From Eledone cirrhosa (taxonomy: Eukaryota): a DNA stretch of 64,000 bases. The translations under genes were made by a program, and so were the position numbers. How positions within the stretch are numbered: position 1 is the stretch's first letter; every line of letters begins with the position of its first letter. The stretch covers positions 169,446,001-169,510,000 of the forward strand of contig OZ024742.1 of the NCBI GenBank assembly GCA_964016885.1, written 5' to 3'. Positions 11,205-25,281 of the stretch are shown here, in pieces. Under the pieces are notes generated by a model that made no database searches, was not told where the DNA came from, and saw only the letters and a program-made list of their open reading frames with translations.

Positions 11205-11975
11205 TATTACTGCGTAATGTCAAAGATCTTGGTTTCCTTTGAGAGGTGCAATTGGGCAAGATCAGCTTTTATCACCTCATCCCAAGTTTTCGTGGGTTTC
11301 CCCACTCCGAAACTTCTATCGACTTTGAGCGCTCTGCACCTTTTTATACAGCTGTCATCTTTCATATGCATCACATGTCCATACCAACACAATCTCCTCT
11401 CCTGCACACTGCATCTGATTCCTCTTATGCCTAGTTTCTCTCTCAGTTTATGCTTTGCCATTCACATATATTACTATTACACATCCATTGGAGCAAGCAG
11501 GCTTCATTTCTTCCTAATCTACGCAAATCTTCTGCACACATCATACAGTCTGCCGTTCAGTTTGAGGGAAAAGCTTTTTGTAGCCAGCAGTGGTAGTAGC
11601 TCCCTGAACCTCTTCCATCCCGTTCTCACTCTGGCTACTGTACCTTCAGAACACCCACATCCACTGCTAATTTGGTCACCCAGGTAGCAGAAGCTGTCTG
11701 CTGCTTCTACTGAACCTTCCTGGAATTTGATAGCACTTGTTTCCTGTGGTAGTTTGCTGCTTACTGTCCTCATGCAACTGCTACATGTAAAGCCTACATT
11801 CTTAGCTAAACTTCCCGAGATCCCACTGCATCTCTTGTGTACACAAGTTTGCATTTGGGCTGAGGATGGAATTCCTACATACTGAACAAGGCCATTTTCC
11901 TGAGGGGGATCAGGGTTCTGTTTTCTCTTCTACTTACTAGGACCTTAGTCTTTGTCAAGTTGACTTTAAGACCCC
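11205..11975 (-). mobile_element. RTE LINE 3' fragment (related to 6498-9766)
   Basis: Translates to CVHKRCSGI..., FCYLGDQIS..., RTGWKRFRELLPLL, ERRLCWYGHVM. Confidence 0.9.
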
Positions 11976-14900
11976 TTATATCATTACATCATTACATATC
12001 AGCATACACATACACTATATATCATTACATCATTACATATCAACATATACATTCACTATATATCATTACATATCAACTACATTGTACGTACATATACTAT
12101 CTACCATCACATCATTAAATAACTGTATTATACATACACTATACACCATACATATACTATGCTCCATCACATCATTATATATACATACACTATATACCAT
12201 CACATCATTACACATAAATACTGAAATCTATATATTCATAAGAAAAGTAAAAGTTCTACTGGGCAAGGAGAGAAAATGATGCAGTATTACAGCAGTAAGA
12301 GTGACACCAATAAAGGTGACACTGACACCAAGAACAACAACACTGATGACATTATGTGTGTGTGTATGAAGTGAAAACAAAAGAAAAAATATATGAAAAA
12401 CTTTTTTAAAAAAAGATGCAATAAAAATGATTTTTAACATTGACACAAGAGGTGAAGGTGTAGTAAAGAAGGATTGTGATTAAATTGATCTCCAATTCAT
12501 CACTGGTACTTATCTTATCAACCCAGAGAGAACAAAACGTCAAGTTAACTCAGTGAAATTTATATTTTGACTGTAGAAAGAAAACAAATACAACTTGTAA
12601 AGTATTTGGTTCAACAGTCCACCACTGTCTAGGTTTTCTTATATCTCATTCCTTTATTATAGCTTAGATATATCCCTGCTAGCAAGAGTTGGATGGGTCA
12701 TCACAGACCAAGCCTGCACCTGGCTTAAATATGTTCCTACATTCTACAGAGTGCTCAGATGAACTGGCAACCTGCATCTGGCTTACATATGTTCCCACAT
12801 TCTATTGAGTGCTCAGACACACCGGGAGTTTACATTATGCTTACAAACATTCCTGCTTGCTACCAAGTACATTTTATCATAGTACTAGCACTAGGGAGGT
12901 TGTCATGTCTTTAAAACAGCTGAAGAGTCCATCTAACCCTTTGTTTGACAGAACTTGTTTCTAAATGAAACATAAGAGCAGAAATTTGTGATGAGGGGAA
13001 CATACAATAAAATACACTTTCATGGCTATATCTCCAACAAAATACACAGTATGTGAGTTAACCCTTTCATGGCTATATTTTCAACAAAATAGACTATGTG
13101 AGTTAACCCAACAAAATACACTGTATTTCAATTAATTAATGACGGATTTTGAGGTATTTATTATTATTATTGTAGATAGTAACTTAACAATTTGGTTCTA
13201 ATATAAATTATGTTTTATTTCATAGGACCAGAGTAGGTTGGTAACAAAAGGGTTAATTAATGAAGAATTTGCAAGGATTTATTAAAATTATTAATTATTT
13301 CATTATCAAGATTGTGTAACTTAACAAAAAGTTTGTAAATAAAATCAAATTATGCTAGAAGGTTATGAATTAAATAGGAACCCTTCAAAATAGGTGGTTT
13401 TTGTTTGATAGAAACAGAACAGGTTTTGGGTAGATTGGTACTACAAGGATAAATACATCATAGTTAGAAGTCAAAGACCAATCACACATTTTTGCCATGG
13501 GAAGGTGGTGGATAAAGAATGATCGATTATTACCACAAAAGGACACAAATACTGTAACGTATCTAATTAGATATTCAACTACTTGGTTGCTGCTAATAAT
13601 AATAATGGTTTCTGATTTAGGCACAAGGCCAGCAATTTGAATGGGAAGGGAAACTCGATTAAATGGATGCCAGTACATTACTGGGACTTTATTTTATCTA
13701 CCTAGTAAGGATGAAAGGCAACGCTAACTTCGGTGGGATTCAAAGTCAGAACATAAAGGGTCATAATTTTATGCTGCAAAGCATATTGTCTGATGCTCAA
13801 CTGATACTACCAATCCATAATATCATCATCATCATTTAACATCCATCTTCCACACTAGCATGGGTAGGACGGGCTGTTCCTTTGTGAGGGATCAGGTGGG
13901 GGGGGGGGGGGCATTAGCACATGACTGCAATACATGAGTAGTACTTTTGGTAAAGAGAAGAGAAATCAATAAAATTGCCCCCAGTACTGGATAGGTACTT
14001 ATTTCATTGCCACCCATCTCTCCAAAAAAGATGAAAGGAAAGAACTGCAGTGCTTATAACGTTTTCTCAAGGCTTTTAGGACTGTTAGGACTGGTATGAG
14101 GTAGGATGAAAGGAAGGTACCTTAAACTGGAGCCCAGATCCAAATACTTGAAATACAGTGGACTCCACTAAAGATACTCAAGAGGTATGAGGTGATGTTT
14201 TAAACACAGTGATTAATTAAGTCAACCACCCGTTTGAACACAGAATGTAAAGGGACAAGAGCAAGGCAAGCCACAGAACCAAGTTGAATAATAATAATAA
14301 TCTCTTACATGAACATCATTATCATCATTCAACATCCATTTTCCTACTAGCAATGGTTATTCAGGTTTGTCACAGACAAAGTCAGCACTTTATCAGAACT
14401 ACTGACCTCACAGAGAGGCCAGGAGCCTGCTTCTTGTTTACACATATTCCTATACTCTACAGAGTCCACTGGGCGCATTTTATGATGGCCCCAGCACTTG
14501 GGAAATTGTCATGTCTTCAACAGACCTAAAGAGTTCTCCCAACACTTCCTATGATATAAGTCCTGCCTATCAACCACTTCATCAAGTGTACTGGGTGCAT
14601 TTTTGTGTATATCACCAACACATGACATAAGGTCAAAAATTTTGGAAGGAAACAATAAATTATATAGACCCCTGTACTTGATTAGAACTTAAATTTACTG
14701 ACCCTTGAAAGACGAAAGGTAAATTTGATCTTGGGAGTGGGGTTTGAACTCAGAACAAATAGAGCAACATAACAATTTTGCTAATCCACTGTCATAAAGA
14801 CTTTTTTGGATGGGTGGGGTGGAGGACAGTTGATATATTTGACCCTAGTACTTGACCAATATTTAGTTTATCTATCGCAACGCCTGGAAGGATGAAAGAC

Positions 14901-15439
14901 GAGTGATAATAATGGTTTTTAATTTAGATACAAGGTCAGCAATTTTGGGGGTGGGGATAGAAAATCAATTACAACAACCCCAGTATTTGACTAGTATTTT
15001 ATTTTATCAATCTCAGAAGGATGAAAGACAAAGTTGACATCAGTGGGATTTGAATTCAGAATGTAAAGAGCCGGAAAAAATACTGCTAAGCATTTGTCCA
15101 ATCCACCACCTTAAATCAATGGTTTCTAATTTTGGCACAAGGATAGTAATTTTGAGGAGAAAAGGAAATCAATTATATCGACTGCAATATGTGACCGGTA
15201 CTTTATTTTATCGACCCCAGAAGCATGAAAGGCAAATGATAATGATAGCATGTGAAACCAACAGTGGCAACTAAAGAAAAGAACAGAAAGTTTGACAAAC
15301 AAAAGAAGTTTATTAAGAAAGATAAAACACTGAGATTTACATCAAAGGAACACAAAGACTAGGTTAAAATTGGTTCAGGGTTAAACTTACAGTTTTAAAT
15401 CCTTCCATGTGTTACGGCAGCTGGAGTGATAAAATAGAA

Positions 15440-16142
15440 GACATCACAGCTACAATAGCATAGAGTTGTCATAGCAAAACATGTCATAGCAATGACACAT
15501 CATTGCAAGGACATGTCATAGCAAACCAACATTACAGACACCACAGCTACAATAGCAGAAACTTGTCATAGCAAATGTGTCATAGCAAGCCATCATTACA
15601 GACATCACAGCTACAATAGCAGAGACATGTCATAGCAAGCCATCATTACAGACATCACAGCTACAATAGCAGAGACTTGTTACAGCAAAGACATGTCATA
15701 GCAAGCCATCATTACAGACATCACAGCTACAATAGCAGACATGTCACAGCAAAACTAACATTAAAGACATCACAGTAAAACCAACATTAAAGACATCACA
15801 ACTACAGTAACAAAGACTTATCATAGCAAAACCAACATGATACCACAACTACAGTAACAAAGGCATGTTATAGTAAAATTAACATTAAAGACATCACAAT
15901 TACAGTAAAAAAGACTTATCACAGCAAAACCAACATTAAAAACATCATAACTATAGTAACAAAGACATGCCATAGTAAAATTAACATTAAAGACACAACT
16001 ACAGTAACAAAGACGTCATAGTAAAATTAACATTAAAGACATCACAACTACAGTAATAAAGATATAGCATAGTAAAATTAACATTAAAGAGATCACAACT
16101 ACAAAAGACAGAGCTACAGTAGCATAAGACTTCTCATAGCAA
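15440..16142. repeat. Minisatellite, roughly 50-60-bp diverging units
   Basis: Repeated GACATCACAGCTACAATAGCAGAGACATGTCATAGCAAGCCATCATTACA and variants. Confidence 0.85.
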
Positions 16143-16711
16143 ACTAAGATGAAAGCATTAGAGTGTATATCACTGCATGTATGCATATGTGCTGTGGGAA
16201 TGAGTGTGTGACAGAGAGAGAGAGAGAGAGAGTGTAGGGGGGGGGGGGGGTTAGAAATACAAAGGATGATAGTGCTGAATTATGTTAAAGCATATGTATT
16301 TATTTATATATGAAGGTATGTAGCTTTGTGGATCAAGTGTTTCACTCATGATCTTCAAGTCGTGAGTTCGATTCTAGGTGGCACATTGTGTCCACTCAGC
16401 TAGCAAAAATGAGTTGTACCTGTAATTCGAAGGACCAATCTTGTCAGACAGTGTGTCATGATGAATCTGAGAACTATATTAAGGGCACATATGTCTGTGG
16501 AATGCTGAGTTACTTACATGTCAATTCACAAACAAGATGTCTGTTGTTTGAACAGCGGGAGCATTTGTCATCGGAACTTACAGCAGCCCAACACACAGAT
16601 ATTTAGATAGAAATTTGATTTATTATTTCAATATAAAAAGATTAGTTGAAAGGGAAGGAGTCACAATTTCACAATCCTCAATATGCTGTTATTTGTTGTT
16701 TTCACTCAATT

Positions 16712-18052
16712 CAGCCTCCACTGAGACCAATGATCAAAGAATTTTCAACTGCAAATATACACTCCAGCTTAACTTCATAGTCCTCCCATATCTTAACATT
16801 GATGCCTTTACTGTCTATGCTGCAACTTTTTCCATCTGCCTGTACTGTGAGTGCAAGTAGGAAGACTTGTTTCCAAGCCAAGCTTTGTAAGCCCCCTTCT
16901 TTGCTCAGATGGCATCTTTAATCGTTTGATTGAACCAAGGAATCCTTCTGCCATACAGTGCCACACTGAGCTGCTTTAAACAGCTAAAAAGTTTCCACTC
17001 TATCTCGACATACTCAGTTTGTTCAGGGAGTTCTCTGAATTTGAATGCAATAGTATCTGCATGCATGATCCTGAACTCCACATCAGCCAGCGCTTCTTAC
17101 TTTATCTTGTAGGTCAAGCTGGAATCCGACTTTAGATCAACAAATAACGTAATCTGGTAAACCATCTGCCACCTTCATACTAAGAGAGGTGAACCCTTGC
17201 AAGGTGGAAAGAATACTTTGCTGATCTCCTAATTCCGCTCACAACACATTCTGCTGTACATGAGGTGCATCTTGGGGTGAAGACAGACATCTCAGAGGCT
17301 GAAGCCACCAGAGCAATTGAAGGGCTCAAGTGTGGCAAGACCTCTAAAGGGAGACAAAAGAAATTGCTTCAATTATAGAGGAATCACCTTGTTAAACTTC
17401 CCTGGTAAAGTCTATGCTAAGTGTTTGGTAAATAGATGTAGGGATATTGTCAAGTCCAAGCTCGCTGACAAAATGTGTGGTTTTCACCCCAGATGCAGCA
17501 CAGCCAAACAAATATTCACACTGCTGCAGATCTTTAAGAAATATTGGAAGTATTGCCAAGACGTGTATGCTTGTTACATGGACCTTGAAAAGGCATATAA
17601 CAACATTTCTCAGGACTTGTGGAAGGTTCTGGAGGGGTATGGATCGATGGACAGCTTATTGTCGCCTTGAAGTTTTTATATGAATGCCCTAGTATTTGTG
17701 TTCGGATAAATGGTGCTAAGTCAAAACCATTCAATATGGGTGTCGGACTCTGCCAAGTGTACATACTGTCACCTCTCCTGTTCATAATCTTTATGGACAG
17801 GACTGACATGCACAGCTGAGTTGGAAGTGGTATCAAGACCAGTGAGTGTAAGATCAGTCAGCTGGAAATTGCAGATCACTTTGTACTATTTAACTTGTGA
17901 TCTCCAACATGCCTGCATAGGTTTGCTGTGAAGTGCTGCACAGCAGTGCTGTGAAGACAGAGATACTTGCCCTCTTGAGAAAACCTCCACAGTGCACTCT
18001 ATTTGAGTGGAGTTCCACTGAAGCAGGTGGAGAAGTTCAAGTAACTTGAGGC
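16712..18052. mobile_element. Degenerate RTE LINE with 5' inversion
   Basis: - strand 16712-17175 gives the EN-RT linker (PWFNQTIKDAI*AKKGAYKAWL). + strand from about 17190 gives RWKEYFADLL, NYRGITLL, DLEKAY, LSPLLFIIFMD. Confidence 0.8.
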
Positions 18053-21000
18053 TGTTTTACCTTTTTGTTTTATATTTACTAAATTAAGAACCATTGCTAG
18101 TAATGGTAGAAAAGAATTTGTATTATCTCTTTTAATACTAACCTGCCTTAGCTCTTTAACATTTAAATTGGCTATATCCGGCCAGAACTCTCTCACCTCT
18201 TTCTGTTCAAACCAGCTGTAACCGGCCGTTCATACCTACATTAAGGTACTGTTCTCAAAATAAATAACAACAAAATCTCATAGCTTCGATATTATGTGAG
18301 ATAAGTATGTGGAGTAAAGCCTTTACTGTGAAAATATAATAGTAAATATAGAGTAATATAAATGCTAAAGGGTTAAACTGCCCCTAGTACTATGAAACAA
18401 AACCACATATTTTGACAGGGTCTTATTTAAACTAAGACCGCTCAATATATTTTGATATAAGAAACTTTTGTTAGGTTATGTTACAAATACAATCTTAATA
18501 ATAATTAAAAAAATTTCAGCAAATCCTTCCAAATTCTTCATTAATTAATTAAATAAAGTAGGTTTCATTAGAAATACGGTAATGACAGGGTTAATAACAG
18601 AAAATTTGTTCTCACATTCATTTCATCATTTCCCCTACCATGTTTCTTAAAACACTTCACAATAGAGTGTAAGCTGCTAATGTTATCTGTTGGTTATTAA
18701 TATCGAAATTATTGAATCTCAAACTCTTTATTTACTTAATGTTATCAGTTAAATGTTGTTACTGAAAAAGCTTTATCCCAAAACTATTGCAACAAGTAGC
18801 TTCTACAGTATAAAGTTATTTTTTGTGTGTCATCATTTCTATAGAATTCCAGAAATGAAGCAATAACATCATGGAAGAGTCATTCTAACCATTCCAAAAT
18901 ATTTTGTATTCATTTCATCATCATCACTGTTTATGTCCATGCTTGATGGGTTAGATGGGTTGTCACATTCTGAAGCCAGACTTGTCAAATGATCACGTCT
19001 TGCTCATTCATTCTGTTTTGGGCTTGGATGCCCTTCCTAATGCCAACCATTTTAGAGAGTGTACTATTTTGTCATGGCACCCACATTACCACATTACAGG
19101 ACAAACTGTTTTTTTTTGTGTAGCACCAATATTTTATTGTCAAACCTTTTCTCACACTCTTCTTGACCTAGTCACTAACACAACTTTGCTGTAATTTGCA
19201 AAGAATGCAACAAAAATTTTGACCCCAGGAAATAAATGTAAAAGGAATATAACAATTTTTGTGTTTTTTAATGGCAAAAAATGGGTCCTGCACACTGTAA
19301 TTGCTTTAGTTTCAAAACAATCTAAGATCAGTCACTTTCCAAACAAGTACAACTGTGGCTAAAATTATTCTACAATGTAATTGTTTTAGTTTCAACACAG
19401 TCTAAGATCAAGTCACTTGCCAAACAAGTACAACTGTGGCTAAAACCCAGAAATAAATATATTGTAAAACATTTATAAATAGTTTCTCAATTAGGCACAA
19501 AGCTAGTAGTTTTGGGTGAGGGATGAGAGAGAGTAGTCAAGCAAATCAACCTAAATATATTACAAGTATTTAATTTATTAACATCAAGAGAGATAGAATA
19601 AGCCATCATAATATATCCTTATTTGTTTGCATTCCTCCATTTAACCCTTTTGATACCAACCTGTCTAAAAATCACCCCTGGTTCTATGATACAAAACTGT
19701 TCATTTTAAAATGTTTATATTTATTTTAAAAACCTAACGTAATTTTATGTAAAGTTATACTTTAAACGACAACTTAATAATTAAAAATTTAGTTATGATA
19801 CTATGTATGTATAAACATAACTTGTAACTCTTGATGGTAGCATAGGGGTACTGTAGTGACATATGACATGCCTTGGACACTTTAAACCTGGCAGAAACCA
19901 TCCCATCTCCGGTTCTGACCCTGAACACAGCCAATTTCTTCCAGAAAAGCAAAGAGAGAAAGAGGAAGAAAGAAAGAGATATAGAGGAAGTATCAATCCC
20001 AGTACTGGACAGGTACATTTTTTACCGACCTTGAAAGGATGAAAGGTAAAGTTGACCTCAGCAAGATTTGAACTCAGAAAGCATAGAGCTGGAGCAAATA
20101 CCGCAAGGTATTCTATCCAACATTCTAATGCCACCTCAAATTATGGTACTAAATCTCACCAAATGAAGCAAATAAGACTGTATTTCATTAAAAATATAAT
20201 TTATCAACAGTCGGAGTGGGGTTTGATGAAGGACAATGTCAAACCCAGCTGGTATTTAAACTCAGAGGAGAAATGAACTAAATACTTTGAAGCCTATAGT
20301 CTGGTGCTTTTCTCATCTCCATTGTAGAGATATTATCTTAAAGTCCTCTGACATGCGATAGAAACCATGAGAGTAAAAGAAAAGCCACTAAGTATCACAA
20401 TTACTGTGTGGAAGAGTAGTCGCAAACACAATTCCACTGTAATGGGCTGCAGTAGAGCTGTGTTAGTGGCCAGGTCACATAGAGTGCAATGAAAATTTTG
20501 ACACCAATAAATAAATAATATATATAACGTAAAGTTAATACTCTTGGTGTGTTTTTAAGTAACTAAAATATTCTTCCATGCAGTAATTGTTTTAGTTTCA
20601 ACAGTCTCAGATCAAGTCACTAGCCATACATGTACATGATACTAAATATCAATTTTATATTAAACGGTGAAGGCATGTATTTAGAGGTTAGGGTATTAGA
20701 CTAGCAATCATAATGTCATAGGTTTGATTCCTAGACCAGGTAGCGTATTGTACTTTTAAGCAAGATGCTTCATTGCATGTTGATTTTCATGATAGGACTG
20801 AGGCCCCTATCATTTAAACACACAAGAAACTTCCTATGAGATACAACCCCATAGGAGACCAGCTAAATCTGCATAAGTGTGATCTGTAACAACAACAACA
20901 TGACAAGACTGAAGCCCTATCATTTAAACACACAAGAAATTTCCCATGAGATACAACCTTGTAGGAGGATAGCTAAACCTATATAGGTATGAGCTGCAAA

Positions 21001-21643
21001 TCTAATTTCATTTATATCAAATAAATTATCTGAATAAAGAAATTTATAAAGGTCTAATGGAAACACTATCTTAGCAACTGTAAATTTGTTTTATTTTGCA
21101 AACCTCTTACAAACATAAAAAAATATATTTTGAAACGTAAAAAAAAGGATTTGCTGGGATAAAAACAAAAATATGTAACAAAAAAATTCTATGAAAGAAT
21201 TTCAAAAAGAACTTAACATACATATATGTTCATGTAGAGAATAGTTAAATGAGATGGTTAAGGGATGAGAAGTAGTATTGATAAATTGTAAGTTTCCTAA
21301 GTATGTGTGTTGTTGGGAGAAGAATATCAAGCAGGATTCTGCAGACTAAAGGCACCCCCCCCCCCCCAAAGCACTCAGTCCAAAACATGGGAATTTCTTC
21401 TCCCAATGACAAACTTAATAAAACTTTAAACTTTACCAATAAATATAATTTTAACTGTCATAGACCATCACGAGTTTCTCTGGTTTCTTGTTTTTACCCA
21501 CTACATACATACACACACACACACGTATATACGTACATATATAGGCATATATGTCACATTTTTTCCATGAAAATACACAAAAAATCCCTTATCTACCGAT
21601 ACAATTTATACACAAGTATATACAGTGTATGTGTATGTGTGCA

Positions 21644-21709
<66 letters not shown>

Positions 21710-21922
21710 TACACACATACATAACTATGATTATGACTTAGTAACCCACCTACATGTTAACTCAGCTGAAAATATATATAAACATAGACACACATACATA
21801 ATGAAAGAGAGAGGAAGTGGGGAATAGAAAAAAATATTGAAAATAGAACAAGTTTATAATTTGATGTGTATTTTGTGAAAAAAAAAAAAAAAAAAAAAAA
21901 AAGATTAAAAGTTTTTACATAC

Positions 21923-22009
21923 GCATGAGCTTTCTGTAACTCTTTCTGTTTCTGCAGGCTTCCTTCGTTAAATTTGAGCACCCTGCTTTCTGGAACCCAT
22001 TCATCCCAA
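21923..22009 (-). CDS. MORF4L1: MRG15/MORF4L1 coding exon 4 (WDEWVPESRVLKFNEGSLQKQKELQKAH)
   Basis: Chromodomain C-terminal motif matching MRG15; AG/GT boundaries; 87 nt; phase 2-2. Confidence 0.95.
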
Positions 22010-22666
22010 CTGTCACAAAGAGAAACAGGGAGAGAAAGATAGTAAGAATTTCAAATCTTTAGAATGTCAGAATTATTTCTTTTATTGGTGCAGCGAACTG
22101 GCAGAGTCAGTAGAACAGGAAACTAAATGCTTTGTGGTATTTGTTTCGGCTCTCTGAATTCTCTGAGTTCACCTTTCGAGGATACATATTTAAAAAAGTA
22201 CCAGTCCAATACTGGGGTTGATTCTTCCTTGATAACTTTTTCTCACTTCTCTTTCATACCTTCTTTCCTTCTCTGGATGAAATTGGCTGTGTTCAAACCT
22301 GGAGAGAGGGTGGGCTCCACCAAGTTTAAAGTACCTCTACAACCCCATCAGGAGTTATGGATCCATACATACATTCTTTTACTGGTTTCAGTCATTAGAC
22401 TGTAACCATGCTTGAGCACCACCTTCAATTAGTTGATCAGATCCCCCCCAGCACTTGTTATTTTTTAAGTCTGGTACTTATTTCATTGATCTGTTTTATT
22501 TTTCTCGAACTGCTAAATTACAAGACACACAAATATATATAGTTGTAAGGTTGCAAGATAAATGCATCCGTATGCGGTATGCCGGTTGAGTACTTGATGT
22601 TCGCGCAGAGCAGAGTATAATATTATAAAGAATGAGGATTCAGTGTTGCATCATATCATATTTATT

Positions 22667-22749
22667 AACATATTACATATGTTTCTCTATCGATCAGCTC
22701 GAGGCAAGATCGAACCGGACTCTGTAATCGAAAGTTCTTCAGATATGTT
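22667..22749 (-). ncRNA. Type I hammerhead ribozyme with long stem II
   Basis: aacatat-CTGAAGA-(a ctttcgatta...tgatcgatag a)-GAAA-catatg-TA-atatgtt followed by AATAAA; intact core boxes and palindromic stem III. Confidence 0.8.
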
Positions 22750-23418
22750 TGGGATATCAGATCATCTCCAATTTTGTTTGTTCAAACACTTCAGCTATTA
22801 TTTATCTACAGCACATATTAGCATCCTGTTATTTCGGCCTTTTCATTGGTTCAATTATCCCATCATCATCATCATATGTCCATCCCCCCCCCCCACCCTC
22901 CCACGGTCAAGCTGCTGTGTGCTTTCATGCATCACTTGCTACTACATACATTTGCCTGTCACTCACTGGGGAACGGTAAATGTAGTAGTGAGTGACAGGC
23001 AAATGTATGTAGTAGCAAGTGATGCATGAAGGTGCACAACAACTTGACCGGGGGGGGGATGGACATATGACACCCAGAGTATAGAATTATGATGTGTGGG
23101 TGACAAGAGTGTAGTCCATCTGACAGGCTTCTAAACAGTTTCTGTCTACTCATTTTCACTCACTAAACATGAGTTGACTCAACGCTATGGTAAATGACAC
23201 TTGCCTAAGATGCCATACAGTGGGATCAAACCTTGGACCTAATGATAGGAAAGTAAACTCCTTAACCATTCTTAGATACATTGTGTCCGAATAAAGAGGA
23301 GAGTGATCATAGGTGTGTCCAGTGAAGACTGACCTAGAGTTAAACAACCACCACCAACAACAACAACCATACACAATATGAAGACCAAATGATATTGTAA
23401 TAAGAAAGCATTACTTAC

Positions 23419-23486
23419 TTTTTATTCCAGCCATTGTAGTGAATGAAGTACCGCACTGTTTTCTCCTTCACCTCGGACTTCACACA
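23419..23486 (-). CDS. MORF4L1: MRG15/MORF4L1 coding exon 3 (CVKSEVKEKTVRYFIHYNGWNK)
   Basis: Chromodomain YFIHYxGWNK motif; tttcAG acceptor and GTAAGT donor; 68 nt; phase 0-2. Confidence 0.95.
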
Positions 23487-24416
23487 CTGAAATGACAATA
23501 AACTTTCTTATATTACTGACAAAACACTCTCACAATACCAGTAATTACCTCAGAAACAAATGAAATAATAATAGTAATGATGATTTCTAATTTAGGCACA
23601 AGTCCAGCAATTTTGGTGAGAGGGAAAAGTCGATAATTCTACCAACCCAAGTACTTAACTGGTACTTGATTTCATGAACCCCAGAAGAATGAAAGGCAAA
23701 GTTGACCTCAGTGAAATTTGAACTCAGAGAATAGAAATCCTCATCATCGCCATTTAATGTCTGCTTTCCCTGCTAGCAAGGTCGTAACTAAATACTGAGC
23801 AGAAGACATTTTGTTTAACACTCTACTAATATTGCCAATCCACCTCTCTTATATAATAAAAATAATAATAATTGTTTCTGATTTAGGAACAATTCTGGGG
23901 AAAGGCAAACTAGTGTATTACTGGTACTGTATTTTATTGACTCCGGAAGGATGAAAGGCAAAGCTAACTATGGCAGGATTTTAACTCAGAATATAGAAGG
24001 CCTTAATGAAATACTGCAATTCATTTCATCATACACACTAACGATTCTGTCAATCTACTGCCCTCCCCCAGAACATAATGGCCTTTTTGAATTGTTGAGT
24101 TTGGGACTCCTTAGTTAAACCAACTTATTCAACAAACAATGTTTCTAAATGAAAGTGAATTATACAATTGTGGTCAACATTTTGATCATTTTGCCAATCC
24201 ACTGCCCTAATACTTTCTAATTGAGGCACATGGCTAGTAATTTGGGAGTGGTGGGTCAATTAAATCAACCCCAGTACTTGACTGGTACTATTTTCATTGA
24301 CCTCAAAAGGATGCAAGGCAAAGTTGATCTCAGTGGGATTTGAACTCAAAGTGCAGGGAGCCAGAACAAATACTGCAAAGCATTCTATCCAATGTTATAA
24401 TGACTCTGCCTATATT

Positions 24417-25170
24417 AATAATTGTTTCTACTTTTGGCACAAGGCCAGCAATTACCCAGTACATTACTGGTACTTTATTTTATCGACCCCGTAAGGATGA
24501 AAGGCAGTTAGCCTCGGCGGGATTTGAACTCAGAATGGCAAGGGCCGTAACTCTATGCGTCAAAGCATGGCATCCGACCCTCTATCGATACTGCCACCTA
24601 ATAATAATTGTTTCTACTTTTGGCACAAGGCCAGCAATTATCCCAGTTTATTACTGGTACTTTATTTTATCGACCCCCATAAGGATGAAAGGCAAATTTA
24701 ACCTCGGCGGGATTTGAACTTAGACCATAAAGGGCCGTAACTCTTTGCTGCAAAGCATGGTGTCCGATCCTCTACCGATATTGCCAATCCACCGCCACCT
24801 AATAACTGTTTCTACTTTAGGCACAAGGCCAGCAATTACCCAGTATATTACTGGTACTTTATTTTATCGACCCCGTAAGGATGAAAGCCAAAGTTAACCT
24901 CGGCGGGATTTGAACTCAGATCGTAAAGGGACGTAACTATGCTGGAAAGCATGTCCGACCCTCTACCGATACTGCCAAAATAATAATAACTGTTTCTACT
25001 TTAGGCACAAGGCCAGCAATTACCCAGTATATTACTGGTACTTTATTTTATCGACCCCGTAAGGATGAAAGGCAAAGTTATCCTTGCCAAAATAATAATA
25101 ATTGTTTCTACTTTAGGCACAAGGCCAGCAATTACCCAGTGCATTACTGTTGCCAAAATAATAATAATGA
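24417..25170 (-). mobile_element. Tandem cluster of young tRNA-derived SINE copies (Nin-domain-like core)
   Basis: About 3 full and 2 partial copies with A box TGGCAGTATCGG, B box GAGTTCAAATCC and core GCCTTTCATCCTTACGGGGTCGATAAAATAAAGTACCAG (all on - strand). Confidence 0.85.
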
Positions 25171-25234
25171 AAGGTAATTAGAAAAGATTATTATCAATAA
25201 AGATGAAATAAAAAAATTAAAAAAGGTTCCTTAC

Positions 25235-25281
25235 TTTTGCTTCGTACAAGAGAGGGCCATGATAGCACAGTACTCTTTCAC
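25235..25281 (-). CDS. MORF4L1: MRG15/MORF4L1 coding exon 2 (GERVLCYHGPLLYEAK)
   Basis: Signature MRG15 chromodomain start; 47 nt; AG/GTAAG boundaries; phase 1-0. Confidence 0.95.

Noticed and set aside
15440-16142. Repetitive coding exon
   Set aside because: Irregular unit lengths, no long ORF in the track, no splice support; intronic minisatellite.
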